A stretch of 64,000 nt of DNA from Promethearchaeota archaeon. GTDB taxonomy: Archaea > Asgardarchaeota > Lokiarchaeia > Sigyniarchaeales > SOKP01. Position 1 is the first letter of the stretch; every line of letters starts with the position of its first letter. A program made the position numbers and the translations under genes. The stretch spans positions 264,807 through 328,806 of the forward strand of contig JBHLNF010000003.1 of NCBI GenBank assembly GCA_048937405.1, read 5' to 3'. This document shows, in pieces, positions 47,202-57,139 of this stretch. The notes beneath the pieces were generated by a model that worked only from the letters and a program-made list of their open reading frames with translations, ran no database searches and had not been told where the DNA came from.

Positions 47202-48818
47202 TCAATCATTATAAAGTGGCTGAAGTCCTGATTGAAAATGTCTTAGACGTAATTTTGCTCCTCGAGAAATACTTACTTTAGGAATTTTTTCTCTATTGTT
47301 ATAAAGTTCTGTAATTGCTGCAACTGCATAATCAATATGGGGGGCACTATATACATTTCGAGGCATTGCAAAACGGACTAAATTTAATATACCTTTCTGT
47401 TGTTCAGGTGTTTTTTTATCCCATTCAAATGCAAATGGTCCTAATTCTACAGCCCGAATACCATAATGTCTGAGAAGTTCAATTGTAAAACCAACACCTC
47501 CAAAATCATCAATTTTCATATTTGTACCCTTAAAAAATTTATCCATATTTAGGTATACTGCATGGCCTCCAGCAGGGAGTATAACAGGAACACCATTTTT
47601 AGCAAGTTTTCTTGCGAATTCCCTTACTTGAAACTTTCTTTCATTTAAATAAGGCTTTTTTATAACCTCATAAAGTCCTGCTGCTAAAGCCATAATGTCT
47701 CTACCACTCATTCCACCATAAGAATCATTTCCGAAAGTTAATATCTGCTTTTCTCTCAGTTTAATTCCAATATCTATATCAATAGAAAACTTTTTATGAA
47801 AAAGCCCCTTATCTCTAAAAAAGAGCCCACCGCCCATATTAGCTAATCCATCTTTTTTGAAACTTATTGTGAATCCATCAACATAAGAAAACATTTCTTG
47901 AACAATACTTTGTATTGAACGATTTCTATATCCCTCTTCAAATTCTTCTATAAAATTTGCATTCTCACTGAAGCGACAAGCATCGAAGAAAAAAGGAATA
48001 TCATATTTTTTAGCTATTTCATGAACCTCTTTTATATTTTTCATTGAAACTGGTTGTCCAGCCGCGGTATTATTTGTGATTGTAATATAAATTAAAGGAA
48101 TCGTTTCAACACCCTTATCTTGGATTAATTTTTCGAGTCCTTCAAGATCCATATTTCCTTTAAATGGATTTCTTTTATCCATCTCATCATATGGAAAATC
48201 TTCCATTAAATTTACTGAAAATAAATTTACTGCTTCTATTCCATTTGCTACAATATTAGCTTCAGTTGTATCAAAATGTCCATTATTCGGTATAAAATAA
48301 GTTATATCTTTTTTCATTTTCAAGATAGGAGCAATTGTAGAGAATAATAAATATTCTGCACATCTTCCCTGAGGCACTATGAAAGCGTTAGGACGGGTTA
48401 ATTGGTGAATCCCTCCATTTACAAATCCTCCCTCGTATGATGTAATATAGAGTTCATCAATAAGTTTTTTAACATTCGTTTCACCAGAAAGAATTAAATC
48501 AATAGATCTTTTTGGATTATCACCTCGTTCAAATGTGTCTCGAATAGCCTCTAATAGTACATAATACCCCTTATTCCGTGCATAAGATTCATCTCCGTGG
48601 AACAAAGCCGCCCATTGATAATCTGTCATTGTACCAGAGCCCGAATCAGACAAAAAATCTACAAAAATTAAATCGCTTGGAAAAGAAAACATACTATACT
48701 CTGTTTCCTTCAATGCATACTCGCGTTGTTCCCTTGTAACATTTTTTATACTACGAACAACAAGAGGTTTATTTGCTGGAACTGGGATTCCTAATTCATT
48801 TTGTGATTTCAAAATCAT
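47202..48818 (-). CDS. tnaA: Tryptophanase-like PLP-dependent beta-eliminating lyase
   Basis: DFLSDSG, GDESYA, QGRCAE, HFDTT, TNN.A.GQPVSM, DACRF.ENA, SFKKDG (PLP Lys), YGGMSGRD. LRHF has His as in tryptophanase, not Phe as in tyrosine phenol-lyase. Confidence 0.85.
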   Translation of the reverse strand: MILKSQNELGIPVPANKPLVVRSIKNVTREQREYALKETEYSMFSFPSDLIFVDFLSDSGSGTMTDYQWAALFHGDESYARNKGYYVLLEAIRDTFERGDNPKRSIDLILSGETNVKKLIDELYITSYEGGFVNGGIHQLTRPNAFIVPQGRCAEYLLFSTIAPILKMKKDITYFIPNNGHFDTTEANIVANGIEAVNLFSVNLMEDFPYDEMDKRNPFKGNMDLEGLEKLIQDKGVETIPLIYITITNNTAAGQPVSMKNIKEVHEIAKKYDIPFFFDACRFSENANFIEEFEEGYRNRSIQSIVQEMFSYVDGFTISFKKDGLANMGGGLFFRDKGLFHKKFSIDIDIGIKLREKQILTFGNDSYGGMSGRDIMALAAGLYEVIKKPYLNERKFQVREFARKLAKNGVPVILPAGGHAVYLNMDKFFKGTNMKIDDFGGVGFTIELLRHYGIRAVELGPFAFEWDKKTPEQQKGILNLVRFAMPRNVYSAPHIDYAVAAITELYNNREKIPKVSISRGAKLRLRHFQSGLQPLYND

Positions 48819-48977
48819 AAACCTACTAAATAAAATTAGAATAGATATTTTGAGTTTTTCATAAGTACTTGAAATTATAATTTTAAATCATTAAAAAAAG
48901 ATTTGGAGAATTAAAATTTTTAAAATTAATATTACATTCATATATTAAAAAAATAATATTTTGCGTGAGATCTTAGT

Positions 48978-50666
48978 ATGGAATTCCCAGATTATATTAA
49001 AAATAGAATTTGGAAGGATTATTTACCAGATGGAATGACTGTAGAAATTAACATACCTGAGAACATGTCTTTAATTGATGTTTTTGAAACAGGTGTTAAA
49101 AAAAATGCTGAAAAAATAAATCTTGATTATTTTGGAAGAGAATTCACATATAAGGAAATGAACCACTTAACAAGAAGATTTGCAAATGCCTTCTTAAAAT
49201 TAGGGATTAAAAAGGGTGATGTGGTTGCCCTGTGGTTACCGAATAGTCCACATTTTAGCATTTGTTATTTTGCTTCTATAGTTCTTGGAGCTACGTTAAC
49301 TGCCATTAGTCCTCTTTTTGTAGCGAGAGAGATGACCTATCAACTAAAAGATTCAGGTGCAAAATACCTAATAATGATTGATAGTTTTTACAAAGAATAT
49401 AAAAAAGCAGAAGAACAATTAACATTGGAAAAAGTAATTTTAGTGAATGTTGAGGGAAAAGTTCCAGATATACCTGAGACAGACAAATTAATCCATTATA
49501 ATACGTTGATGGATTCAAATCCTGAGCCTCTTTCAGAATTCAAAGTTAAAATTAATCCAAAAGAAGATATTGCTATAATTCAATATACAGGGGGTACAAC
49601 AGGAGATCCAAAAGGTGCTGAACTAACCCATTATAATGCGGTGTCAAATCTGATGCAAATTAAACAAATTTCGGATTATATGATAGATACATATATTAAA
49701 GAAGATCTGGAGGGAATTTCTATACTTCCATGGTATCATGTATATGGTCAAATTAGCGAACTTTTACAAGGTCCATTAAACGGAGGTAAAGTGATTATAT
49801 TTCCCACATTTGATATCTCCAGAATAATTGAAACTATAAAGAATAAAAAAGGTAATTTTTTACTTGGAGTGCCTACTATGTTTATAAATATTTTAGGTTC
49901 ACCTCTAAGTAATGGGGTTGATTTTTCTAAGCTTAAATACTGTAATGTAGGTGCATCAGCAATGCCTATCGAAGTTGCTAAAGAATGGGAACTGAGAACT
50001 GGATTTCCTTTAGGAGAAGGATATGGTTTAAGCGAATCAACTGTTTGTGTTACAAATTGTCCACCATGGGGTAAGAAAAAACAGGGAAGTTGTGGACCTC
50101 CTGTAGCTAGTACATTAGTTGGAATTATTGATGAAAATTTAAATTTCTTACCAATTGGAGAACCTGGAGAATTAGTAGTAACAGGACCTCAGATTATGTT
50201 AGGTTATCATAATAGACCTGAAGAGAATAGATTGGTCTTTTTTGAAGCGGGGGGCTATAGATGGCTACGAACAGGTGATTATGCAAAGTTAGATGATGAA
50301 GGTTATGTTTTTCTAATTGATAGGCTGAAAGATATGATAAAATATAAAGGACATAGTGTTTATCCGAGAGAAATTGAAGAAATTTTATATGAGCATCCTG
50401 CAATTCAAGAATGTGCTGTAATTGGTATTAAAGATTCAGAGAGAGGTGAAAATATTATGGTAAATATAATTCTAAAGGAAGAATATAAAGGAAAAATAAC
50501 TGATCAAGAAATAATAGCATGGTCAAAGGAAAATATGGCAGCTTATAAGTACCCTAGAAAAGTGAAATTTGTAAATTTACTCCCAAAGAGTGCCGTTGGA
50601 AAAGTTTTAAGAAGAGTAATCCGAGATAAAGAAATTAAGAAAGCAGAAAAAAGAAGCAATCAATAA
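48978..50666 (+). CDS. Long-chain fatty acid-CoA ligase (FadD-like)
   Basis: QYTGGTTGDPKG, GEGYGLSE, GPQIMLGY, RTGD, DRLKDMI, YPREIEE, LPKSAVGK. Confidence 0.93.
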   Translation: MEFPDYIKNRIWKDYLPDGMTVEINIPENMSLIDVFETGVKKNAEKINLDYFGREFTYKEMNHLTRRFANAFLKLGIKKGDVVALWLPNSPHFSICYFASIVLGATLTAISPLFVAREMTYQLKDSGAKYLIMIDSFYKEYKKAEEQLTLEKVILVNVEGKVPDIPETDKLIHYNTLMDSNPEPLSEFKVKINPKEDIAIIQYTGGTTGDPKGAELTHYNAVSNLMQIKQISDYMIDTYIKEDLEGISILPWYHVYGQISELLQGPLNGGKVIIFPTFDISRIIETIKNKKGNFLLGVPTMFINILGSPLSNGVDFSKLKYCNVGASAMPIEVAKEWELRTGFPLGEGYGLSESTVCVTNCPPWGKKKQGSCGPPVASTLVGIIDENLNFLPIGEPGELVVTGPQIMLGYHNRPEENRLVFFEAGGYRWLRTGDYAKLDDEGYVFLIDRLKDMIKYKGHSVYPREIEEILYEHPAIQECAVIGIKDSERGENIMVNIILKEEYKGKITDQEIIAWSKENMAAYKYPRKVKFVNLLPKSAVGKVLRRVIRDKEIKKAEKRSNQ

Positions 50667-50862
50667 GATTATTTTGTATATTATTTTAATTTTAAATTTT
50701 TATTATTTAGATTGTTTTAATGTTTCCATAAATCTTTAAAATATGAATGAGAAAAAAATTTGTAAAGTTAGGAAAAAAAAGATTTGAAGAATTGAAATTT
50801 TTAAAATTATTCTTTCATTCATATATTAAATAAAAAATTAAAATTTTTAGAGAGAATTTATT

Positions 50863-52542
50863 ATGGAACTCCCAGACTATATTAAAAATAGAATTTGGAA
50901 GGATTATTTACCAGATGGAATGACAGTGGATATCGAAATTCCTGAGAACATGACATTAATTGATATATTTAAAAATGGTGCTGAAAAATTTGGAGATAAA
51001 GTATCGAAAGTTTATTTTGGTAGACCAAGTACGTTCAATGAAATGGATATTTTAGTTAGAAGATTTATTAGTAGCTTATTAGATTTAGGTATAAAGAAGG
51101 GCGATGTAGTTGCTTTGTGGTTACCTAATTGTCCTCAATTTATTATTTCTTATTTTGCTACAATTTGTACTGGAGCAACATTAACCGCTATTTCTCCTTT
51201 ATTTGTAGCACGAGAAATGGCATATCAAATAAAGGATTCAGGAGCAAAATATCTAATAATGCTTGATAGGTTTTTTCCTTATTATCAACAAGCTAAGGAA
51301 GATTTATCATTAAATAATACTATTCTTGTCAATGCTGAAGGAAAAACTCCTGAACAAGAAGAAAAAGATGAAATTATCCATTTTAACACTTTAATGGCAA
51401 AATATCCTGAACCCATTTTAGAGATTGGCGATCTTGATATTAATATTAACCCTAAAGAGGATATAGCTGTAATACAATATACAGGGGGAACGACAGGTTT
51501 ACCAAAAGGTGCATGTTTATCTCATTATAATATTATTTCCAATGTTCTCCAAATGAAACAAATTTCTGACCATATGAAAGAAACATATTTGAAGGATGAT
51601 ATAAAAGCAGTTTCTGTACTCCCTTGGTATCATATTTATGGTCAAACATGTGAACTTGCTATAAATCCAATTAATGGTTCAATGGGATATATTTTACCTA
51701 CTTTTGATATCCCTACAATCGTAGAACTAGTAAAAGAGAAAAAAGTTAATACATTACTTGGAGTACCAACAATGTTCCTTGGTCTCTTGGCCCATCCAAT
51801 GACTAAAGATGTTGATTTTTCTTGTTTAAAGTACACAAATGTTGGAGCAGGAGCATTATCCGCTGAACACTTTAATCTTTGGAAACAAAAAACGGGATTT
51901 GCAATGGGAGAAGGTTATGGTCTTAGTGAGGCAAGTCCAACTGTTACAAGTAGTCCTCCTTGGGCAAAAAAGAAATCAGGTAGTTGCGGTATTCCTATTG
52001 CAGGTACATTATGTGGAATTGTTGATGAAAATCTTAATTTTTTACCAATTGGAGAAAGTGGAGAATTAGTGGTTGCTGGTCCTCAGATTATGCTTGGGTA
52101 TCATAATAGACCTGAAGAGAATAAGCTGGTTTTTTTTGAAGCGGGAGGCTATAGATGGCTACGAACAGGTGATTATGCAAAGATGGATGAGGAAGGCTAT
52201 ATATTCTTGATTGATCGCGTCAAAGATATGATAAAATATAAAGGACATAGTGTTTATCCGAGAGAAATTGAGGAAATTTTATATGAGCATCCTGCAATTC
52301 AAGAATGCGCTGTAATTGGCATTAAAGATCCAGAGAGAGGTGAAAATATTATGGTACATATAATTCCTAAAGAAGATTATAAAGGGAAAATCACTGAACA
52401 AGAAATAATCGATTGGTCAAAGCAAAATATGGCGGCATATAAATACCCTAGAATAGTGAAATTTGTTGAGGAACTCCCCAAAAGTGCTGTTGGTAAAATA
52501 TTAAGAAGAATAATACGAGAACAAGAATCTAAAAATGTATAA
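50863..52542 (+). CDS. Long-chain fatty acid-CoA ligase (FadD-like), tandem paralog
   Basis: Same adenylate-forming motifs; N-terminus and C-terminal part near-identical to 48978-50666. Confidence 0.93.
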   Translation: MELPDYIKNRIWKDYLPDGMTVDIEIPENMTLIDIFKNGAEKFGDKVSKVYFGRPSTFNEMDILVRRFISSLLDLGIKKGDVVALWLPNCPQFIISYFATICTGATLTAISPLFVAREMAYQIKDSGAKYLIMLDRFFPYYQQAKEDLSLNNTILVNAEGKTPEQEEKDEIIHFNTLMAKYPEPILEIGDLDININPKEDIAVIQYTGGTTGLPKGACLSHYNIISNVLQMKQISDHMKETYLKDDIKAVSVLPWYHIYGQTCELAINPINGSMGYILPTFDIPTIVELVKEKKVNTLLGVPTMFLGLLAHPMTKDVDFSCLKYTNVGAGALSAEHFNLWKQKTGFAMGEGYGLSEASPTVTSSPPWAKKKSGSCGIPIAGTLCGIVDENLNFLPIGESGELVVAGPQIMLGYHNRPEENKLVFFEAGGYRWLRTGDYAKMDEEGYIFLIDRVKDMIKYKGHSVYPREIEEILYEHPAIQECAVIGIKDPERGENIMVHIIPKEDYKGKITEQEIIDWSKQNMAAYKYPRIVKFVEELPKSAVGKILRRIIREQESKNV

Positions 52543-52642
52543 AAAACAAGCAATAAATTAGTTTATTTTATTTATTACCATAATTTTATTTTTTTAATAT
52601 TAATATTTAGATTGTTTTAATGCTTCTATAAATCATTAAAAC

Positions 52643-55003
52643 ATGAATGAACGAATCAAAAAATTACGGAATCAAAGTCGTAAAGCGGTTTCTTATTTAT
52701 CGTTGGAACGCGCATTATTGCTAACAGAATTTTATCAAACTGGAGGTCCACATAGAGATTCTCCTCCAATTGTGAGAGCTAAAGCATTAAAATATTTGAT
52801 GGAAAATAAACAAATTTGTATTAATAAAGGAGAATTAATCGTTGGGGAACGTGGTCCAGAGCCAAAAGCAACACCAACTTACCCCGAAGTCTGCTGTCAT
52901 AGTTTACACGATTTAGATATTTTAGATACTCGTGAGAAAATATCATTTAAAGTATCTAAAGAAACAAGACAACTTTCTGAAGATGTTATTATTCCATTTT
53001 GGAAAGGAAGATCTATTCGTGATAAAATATTTTCTAAAGTTGATGATGAATGGATTGATGCCTATGAAGCAGGGATTTTCACAGAATTTATGGAACAAAG
53101 AGCTCCAGGACATACAGTTGGAGGAAAAAAAATATGGAATAAAGGATTTTTAGATTTTAAGCAAGAAATACAAAATTGTATGGAAAATTTAGATTTTTAC
53201 AATGATCCAGAGGCATATAATAAAAGAGAACAATTAATTGCAATGAATATTGCTGCAGATGCGATAATTATTTTTGCTGCACGTTATGCTCAAGAAGCTA
53301 AATATTTGGCTAATAATGAACCGAACCCAAAAAGAAAAAAAGAACTAGAAAAGATTTCAGAAATATGCTCTCATGTTCCTGCATTAGCGCCTAGAACCTT
53401 TTGGGAAGCACTTCAGCATTATTGGTTTATTCATTTGGGAGTTATAACAGAATATAACACATGGGACTCATTCAATCCAGGACGTTTAGATCAACATTTA
53501 TATCCATTCTATAAAAAAGATATTGATGAAGGTAATTTAACGAAGGAAGAAGTAATAGAATTACTTCAAGCTTTTTGGTTGAAGTTTAATAACCAACCGG
53601 CTCCACCGAAGGTAGGTATAACTGCTGAAGAAAGCAATACTTATACAGATTTTTGCAATATTAATATAGGTGGTCTAAAGGAGGATGGTTCTGATGGAGT
53701 TAATGAAATGTCCTATATTTTACTAGATATTATTGAAGAAATGAGAATACTCCAACCAAGTAGTAATGTTCAGATTAGCAAAAAGACACCTGATAGATTT
53801 TTAAAAAGAGCCCTTGATATTATTAAAACAGGTTTTGGGCAACCTTCTGTATTCAATACTGATACTATTGTTCAAGAATTAACTAGACAAGGGAAGTCTA
53901 TAATAGATGCTCGAAATGGTGGTGCAAGTGGTTGTGTTGAATCTGGTGCTTTTGGAAAAGAAGCATATATACTAACAGGATATTTTAATCTTGTAAAAAT
54001 TCTTGAAATAACTCTTCATAATGGGTTCGATCCACTTACTAAAAAGCAAATTGGTTTAAAAACTGGTGAACCTACTACTTTTGAGAGTTATAATGATTTA
54101 TTTGATGCTTTCAGTAGACAAGTAAATCATTTTGTAAATATTAAAATTAAGGGAAATCAAATAATTGAAAGAATATGGGCAGAAAACCCAGCTCCTTTCC
54201 TATCAATATTAATCGAGGATTGTATTCAGAATGGGAAGGATTATAATAATGGCGGAGCAAAATATAATACATCTTACATTCAAATTGTAGGGATGGGCAG
54301 TATTACAGATTGTTTAGCATCTTTGAAATATCATGTATTTGACAAAAAAAATATTTCAATGGAAAATCTAATTAAAGCGCTAAATAATAATTTCAATGGT
54401 TATGAGGAATTACACCAGAAATTAATATATAAAACTCCTAAATATGGCAATGATAATAGTTATGTTGACGCCCTAATTCCCCAAGTATTTGAAATGGTAT
54501 ATGATGCTATTGATAATCGTCCCAATACAAGAGGTGGGGTATATCATATTAATCTGCTACCCACAACTGTGCATATTTATTTCGGTCAAGTAACGGGTGC
54601 CACTCCAGATGGTCGAGTAGGGTATACTCCTCTATCAGAAGGTATATCTCCAGTACAAGGAATGGATATTAAAGGGCCAACTGCGGTTATTAAATCTGCT
54701 AGTAAAATTGATCATCTAAGAACTGGTGGAACTTTACTAAACCAAAAATTTGTACCACAATTTTTTATGAATGAAAATAAGATCAATAATTTAGCAAATT
54801 TAATTAGAGCATATTTTGAAATGAATGGACATCACATACAATTTAATGTAGTTTCAGCAGATACTCTACGCGCTGCACAGAAAGATCCAGAAAAACATAG
54901 AGAACTTATTGTTCGAGTTGCAGGATATAGTGATTATTTTGTTAACTTGGGCCAAAATCTACAAGAGGAAATTATCAAAAGAACCGAGCATATTAATATT
55001 TAA
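52643..55003 (+). CDS. hypD: Glycyl radical enzyme, trans-4-hydroxy-L-proline dehydratase
   Basis: EQRAPGH, NTWDSFNPGR, ESNTYTDF, SGCVE, PTTVHIYFG and RVAGYS match HypD active-site motifs. Confidence 0.88.
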   Translation: MNERIKKLRNQSRKAVSYLSLERALLLTEFYQTGGPHRDSPPIVRAKALKYLMENKQICINKGELIVGERGPEPKATPTYPEVCCHSLHDLDILDTREKISFKVSKETRQLSEDVIIPFWKGRSIRDKIFSKVDDEWIDAYEAGIFTEFMEQRAPGHTVGGKKIWNKGFLDFKQEIQNCMENLDFYNDPEAYNKREQLIAMNIAADAIIIFAARYAQEAKYLANNEPNPKRKKELEKISEICSHVPALAPRTFWEALQHYWFIHLGVITEYNTWDSFNPGRLDQHLYPFYKKDIDEGNLTKEEVIELLQAFWLKFNNQPAPPKVGITAEESNTYTDFCNINIGGLKEDGSDGVNEMSYILLDIIEEMRILQPSSNVQISKKTPDRFLKRALDIIKTGFGQPSVFNTDTIVQELTRQGKSIIDARNGGASGCVESGAFGKEAYILTGYFNLVKILEITLHNGFDPLTKKQIGLKTGEPTTFESYNDLFDAFSRQVNHFVNIKIKGNQIIERIWAENPAPFLSILIEDCIQNGKDYNNGGAKYNTSYIQIVGMGSITDCLASLKYHVFDKKNISMENLIKALNNNFNGYEELHQKLIYKTPKYGNDNSYVDALIPQVFEMVYDAIDNRPNTRGGVYHINLLPTTVHIYFGQVTGATPDGRVGYTPLSEGISPVQGMDIKGPTAVIKSASKIDHLRTGGTLLNQKFVPQFFMNENKINNLANLIRAYFEMNGHHIQFNVVSADTLRAAQKDPEKHRELIVRVAGYSDYFVNLGQNLQEEIIKRTEHINI

Positions 55004-55188
55004 CAAAATCTAAGTTCTATCTTTTATCTATTTTTCATTTATATTTATATATTTTTAATTGTTTATTATTTTCTATTATTTTCACCTATCTTTCCTATTT
55101 GAAAATATATAAATTGATGAAATTTATTATGGAGTTATAAAATTACTGCGAAAAGATTAATAATTCTAATTATTATACAAAAAGGTAG

Positions 55189-56256
55189 ATGAGATTTAGT
55201 TCAGACCTTAATAGAGATAATTCCATTGATAGAATTCATGTTGATGATAAGGCTTATAACACATTAATTCAATTATTAGGAAAAAAAACAGGGCTTAATT
55301 TTGAATATTATAATAAAAAATTCATCATAAAACGTATAAAATCTCGAATGATACGAGTCTCTTGCAATACTCTAAGTCAATATTATGATTATGTTTCATC
55401 AAATAAAGCAGAAATAAAAGAATTTATTGATGGTTTTACAGTAAATTACACTTTCTTTTTCCGAGATTATGATGTTTTTGAAACTTTTCAAGATTTAATT
55501 ATTCAAGGTTTAAATGTAAGTAGAAAGGATATAAAGAGTAATATAAAACCAGATGTTGCCAAATTAGATAAATTTAGTTTAAAAAAGAACGCAGCTAAAA
55601 TTTTTCATAAAAACCGTTATTTGACTGAAAAGCCTGAAAAATATTATGTTGATATTTTTGTTTTTTTTAATATACTATCATATTATAAAAAAATGAAACA
55701 ATCGAGAAATGAAAATAATTGTATTAACATATGGTCATGTCCATGTGCGACAGGGGAAGAACCATACTCATTAGCTATGATTTTAGACAATCTTGAGAAA
55801 CAGGTCCCTAGATTTCCAAAATTTAAAATAGTAGCATCTGACATTTCTCATAAAGCAATTAAAAAAGCGAAAATAGGGATATATACCGATGATTCAATGA
55901 AAGAAATTTCTGATTATTTTGAAAGTAAATATTTCATAAAAAAAAAAACCAATTATAGACATAATAAAGCAATAAAAGAAGAAATTAAAAGGAAAATTGA
56001 GTTTATAGAAGAGGATGTTACAAAGGGTCATAAATTGCCCCTAAAATATGATATCATTTTTTGTAGATATCTTTTAATTTATTTTAATCGGAAAAATAGA
56101 GATAGATTTTTAAAAATTCTTGAAAATCGTTTAAATGAAAATGGAATCTTAATTTTGGGAAAAACTGAAACATTATTTGATTCTTGGGGTAGTTTACAAT
56201 TAGTGGATTCAAGAAATCGAATATATGTAAAATCTTATTCAAAATTGTATAAATAA
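55189..56256 (+). CDS. cheR: CheR-type protein-glutamate O-methyltransferase
   Basis: TVNYTFFFRD, IWSCPCATGEEPYSLAM, ASDIS, YDIIFCRYLLIYF, GILILGKTE. Confidence 0.9.
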   Translation: MRFSSDLNRDNSIDRIHVDDKAYNTLIQLLGKKTGLNFEYYNKKFIIKRIKSRMIRVSCNTLSQYYDYVSSNKAEIKEFIDGFTVNYTFFFRDYDVFETFQDLIIQGLNVSRKDIKSNIKPDVAKLDKFSLKKNAAKIFHKNRYLTEKPEKYYVDIFVFFNILSYYKKMKQSRNENNCINIWSCPCATGEEPYSLAMILDNLEKQVPRFPKFKIVASDISHKAIKKAKIGIYTDDSMKEISDYFESKYFIKKKTNYRHNKAIKEEIKRKIEFIEEDVTKGHKLPLKYDIIFCRYLLIYFNRKNRDRFLKILENRLNENGILILGKTETLFDSWGSLQLVDSRNRIYVKSYSKLYK

Positions 56257-56264
56257 TAATTTCG

Positions 56265-57032
56265 TTAAAAAATATAGGGAATAAGTGCCTTACGATTACT
56301 TGGATAATCCTTAAATGTTTTAATATACCACAAGTGATTAGAGCGTGCTCTAGGGGCTAGATTTGCGAATGTCCATAATGCAAAAATTAATCCTGGTATA
56401 CTCCACGTCAATATTGCCCATCCTATCCATTCTGTTATTTCTCCTAAATAACTAGGAGAACTAACATATTTAAACATACCTCCATAAGGAATCTTATATT
56501 CTGTCTCTCCAGGTTTCCTTAAATTACGAATAATGGAATCTGAATGTAGATTGATTATAAATCCACTAAAAAATATTAATATACCAGTTATAAATAAAGG
56601 GTTAAATATCCATTCTGAGGGATAAATTGGAGAAAAATGATAAAGCCATCTTGCTTGTAAATATGTATTAATTCCATTAAAGGTTATTCCAAGTATTATA
56701 ATTATGATAGGCATAGGATTTCTTCCATGAATTAACAATGGGAATATAAAAGTTCGTTGACCATAATGCAACATCCATATAAAAAGGAAGATAAGAGGTA
56801 TTAATCCAGTATTATGATCTCCAATAATAAAATATATAAAATAAATAATGACTGTCGGGACTTCCATTATAAACCAGCCTAATTTATCATTGATAGTTGG
56901 CCCCCATTTCTTATTTACGTGTTGTCCATATCCAGCAGTGATAAAAAATAAAATCACAAAAATCCCAATTGAAGAGAAACCAAAACATATTATTAAAATA
57001 TGATAGAATATCAACTCATCCAATAAATTCAC
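56265..57032 (-). CDS. 3-oxo-5-alpha-steroid 4-dehydrogenase (SRD5A/DET2) family membrane reductase
   Basis: AGYG, GWFIMEVP, HYGQR, NLHSD.I.RNLR, YKIPYGG, PSYLGEITEW, NLAPRA..H.WY, RKALIP. Confidence 0.92.
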   Translation of the reverse strand: MNLLDELIFYHILIICFGFSSIGIFVILFFITAGYGQHVNKKWGPTINDKLGWFIMEVPTVIIYFIYFIIGDHNTGLIPLIFLFIWMLHYGQRTFIFPLLIHGRNPMPIIIIILGITFNGINTYLQARWLYHFSPIYPSEWIFNPLFITGILIFFSGFIINLHSDSIIRNLRKPGETEYKIPYGGMFKYVSSPSYLGEITEWIGWAILTWSIPGLIFALWTFANLAPRARSNHLWYIKTFKDYPSNRKALIPYIF

Positions 57033-57139
57033 TCTTTCTGTAGTTATCCTCTAATTACAGAAGGAAATTATTGCTTTATTTTTAACTTATCCATTTTATA
57101 TCTATTTATATTCCAAATCTGATTATTTATAATTATTAT

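Larger units (their letters stand above)
48893..52650 (+). repeat. Tandem duplication of a ~1.9 kb unit (upstream region, acyl-CoA ligase, downstream region)
   Basis: Upstream ~48893-48950 matches ~50774-50830 (aaaaagatttg.agaatt.aaatttttaaaatta...cattcatatattaaa). Downstream 50704-50750 matches 52604-52650 (tatttagattgttttaatg.ttc.ataaatc.ttaaaa.atgaatga). Confidence 0.85.
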
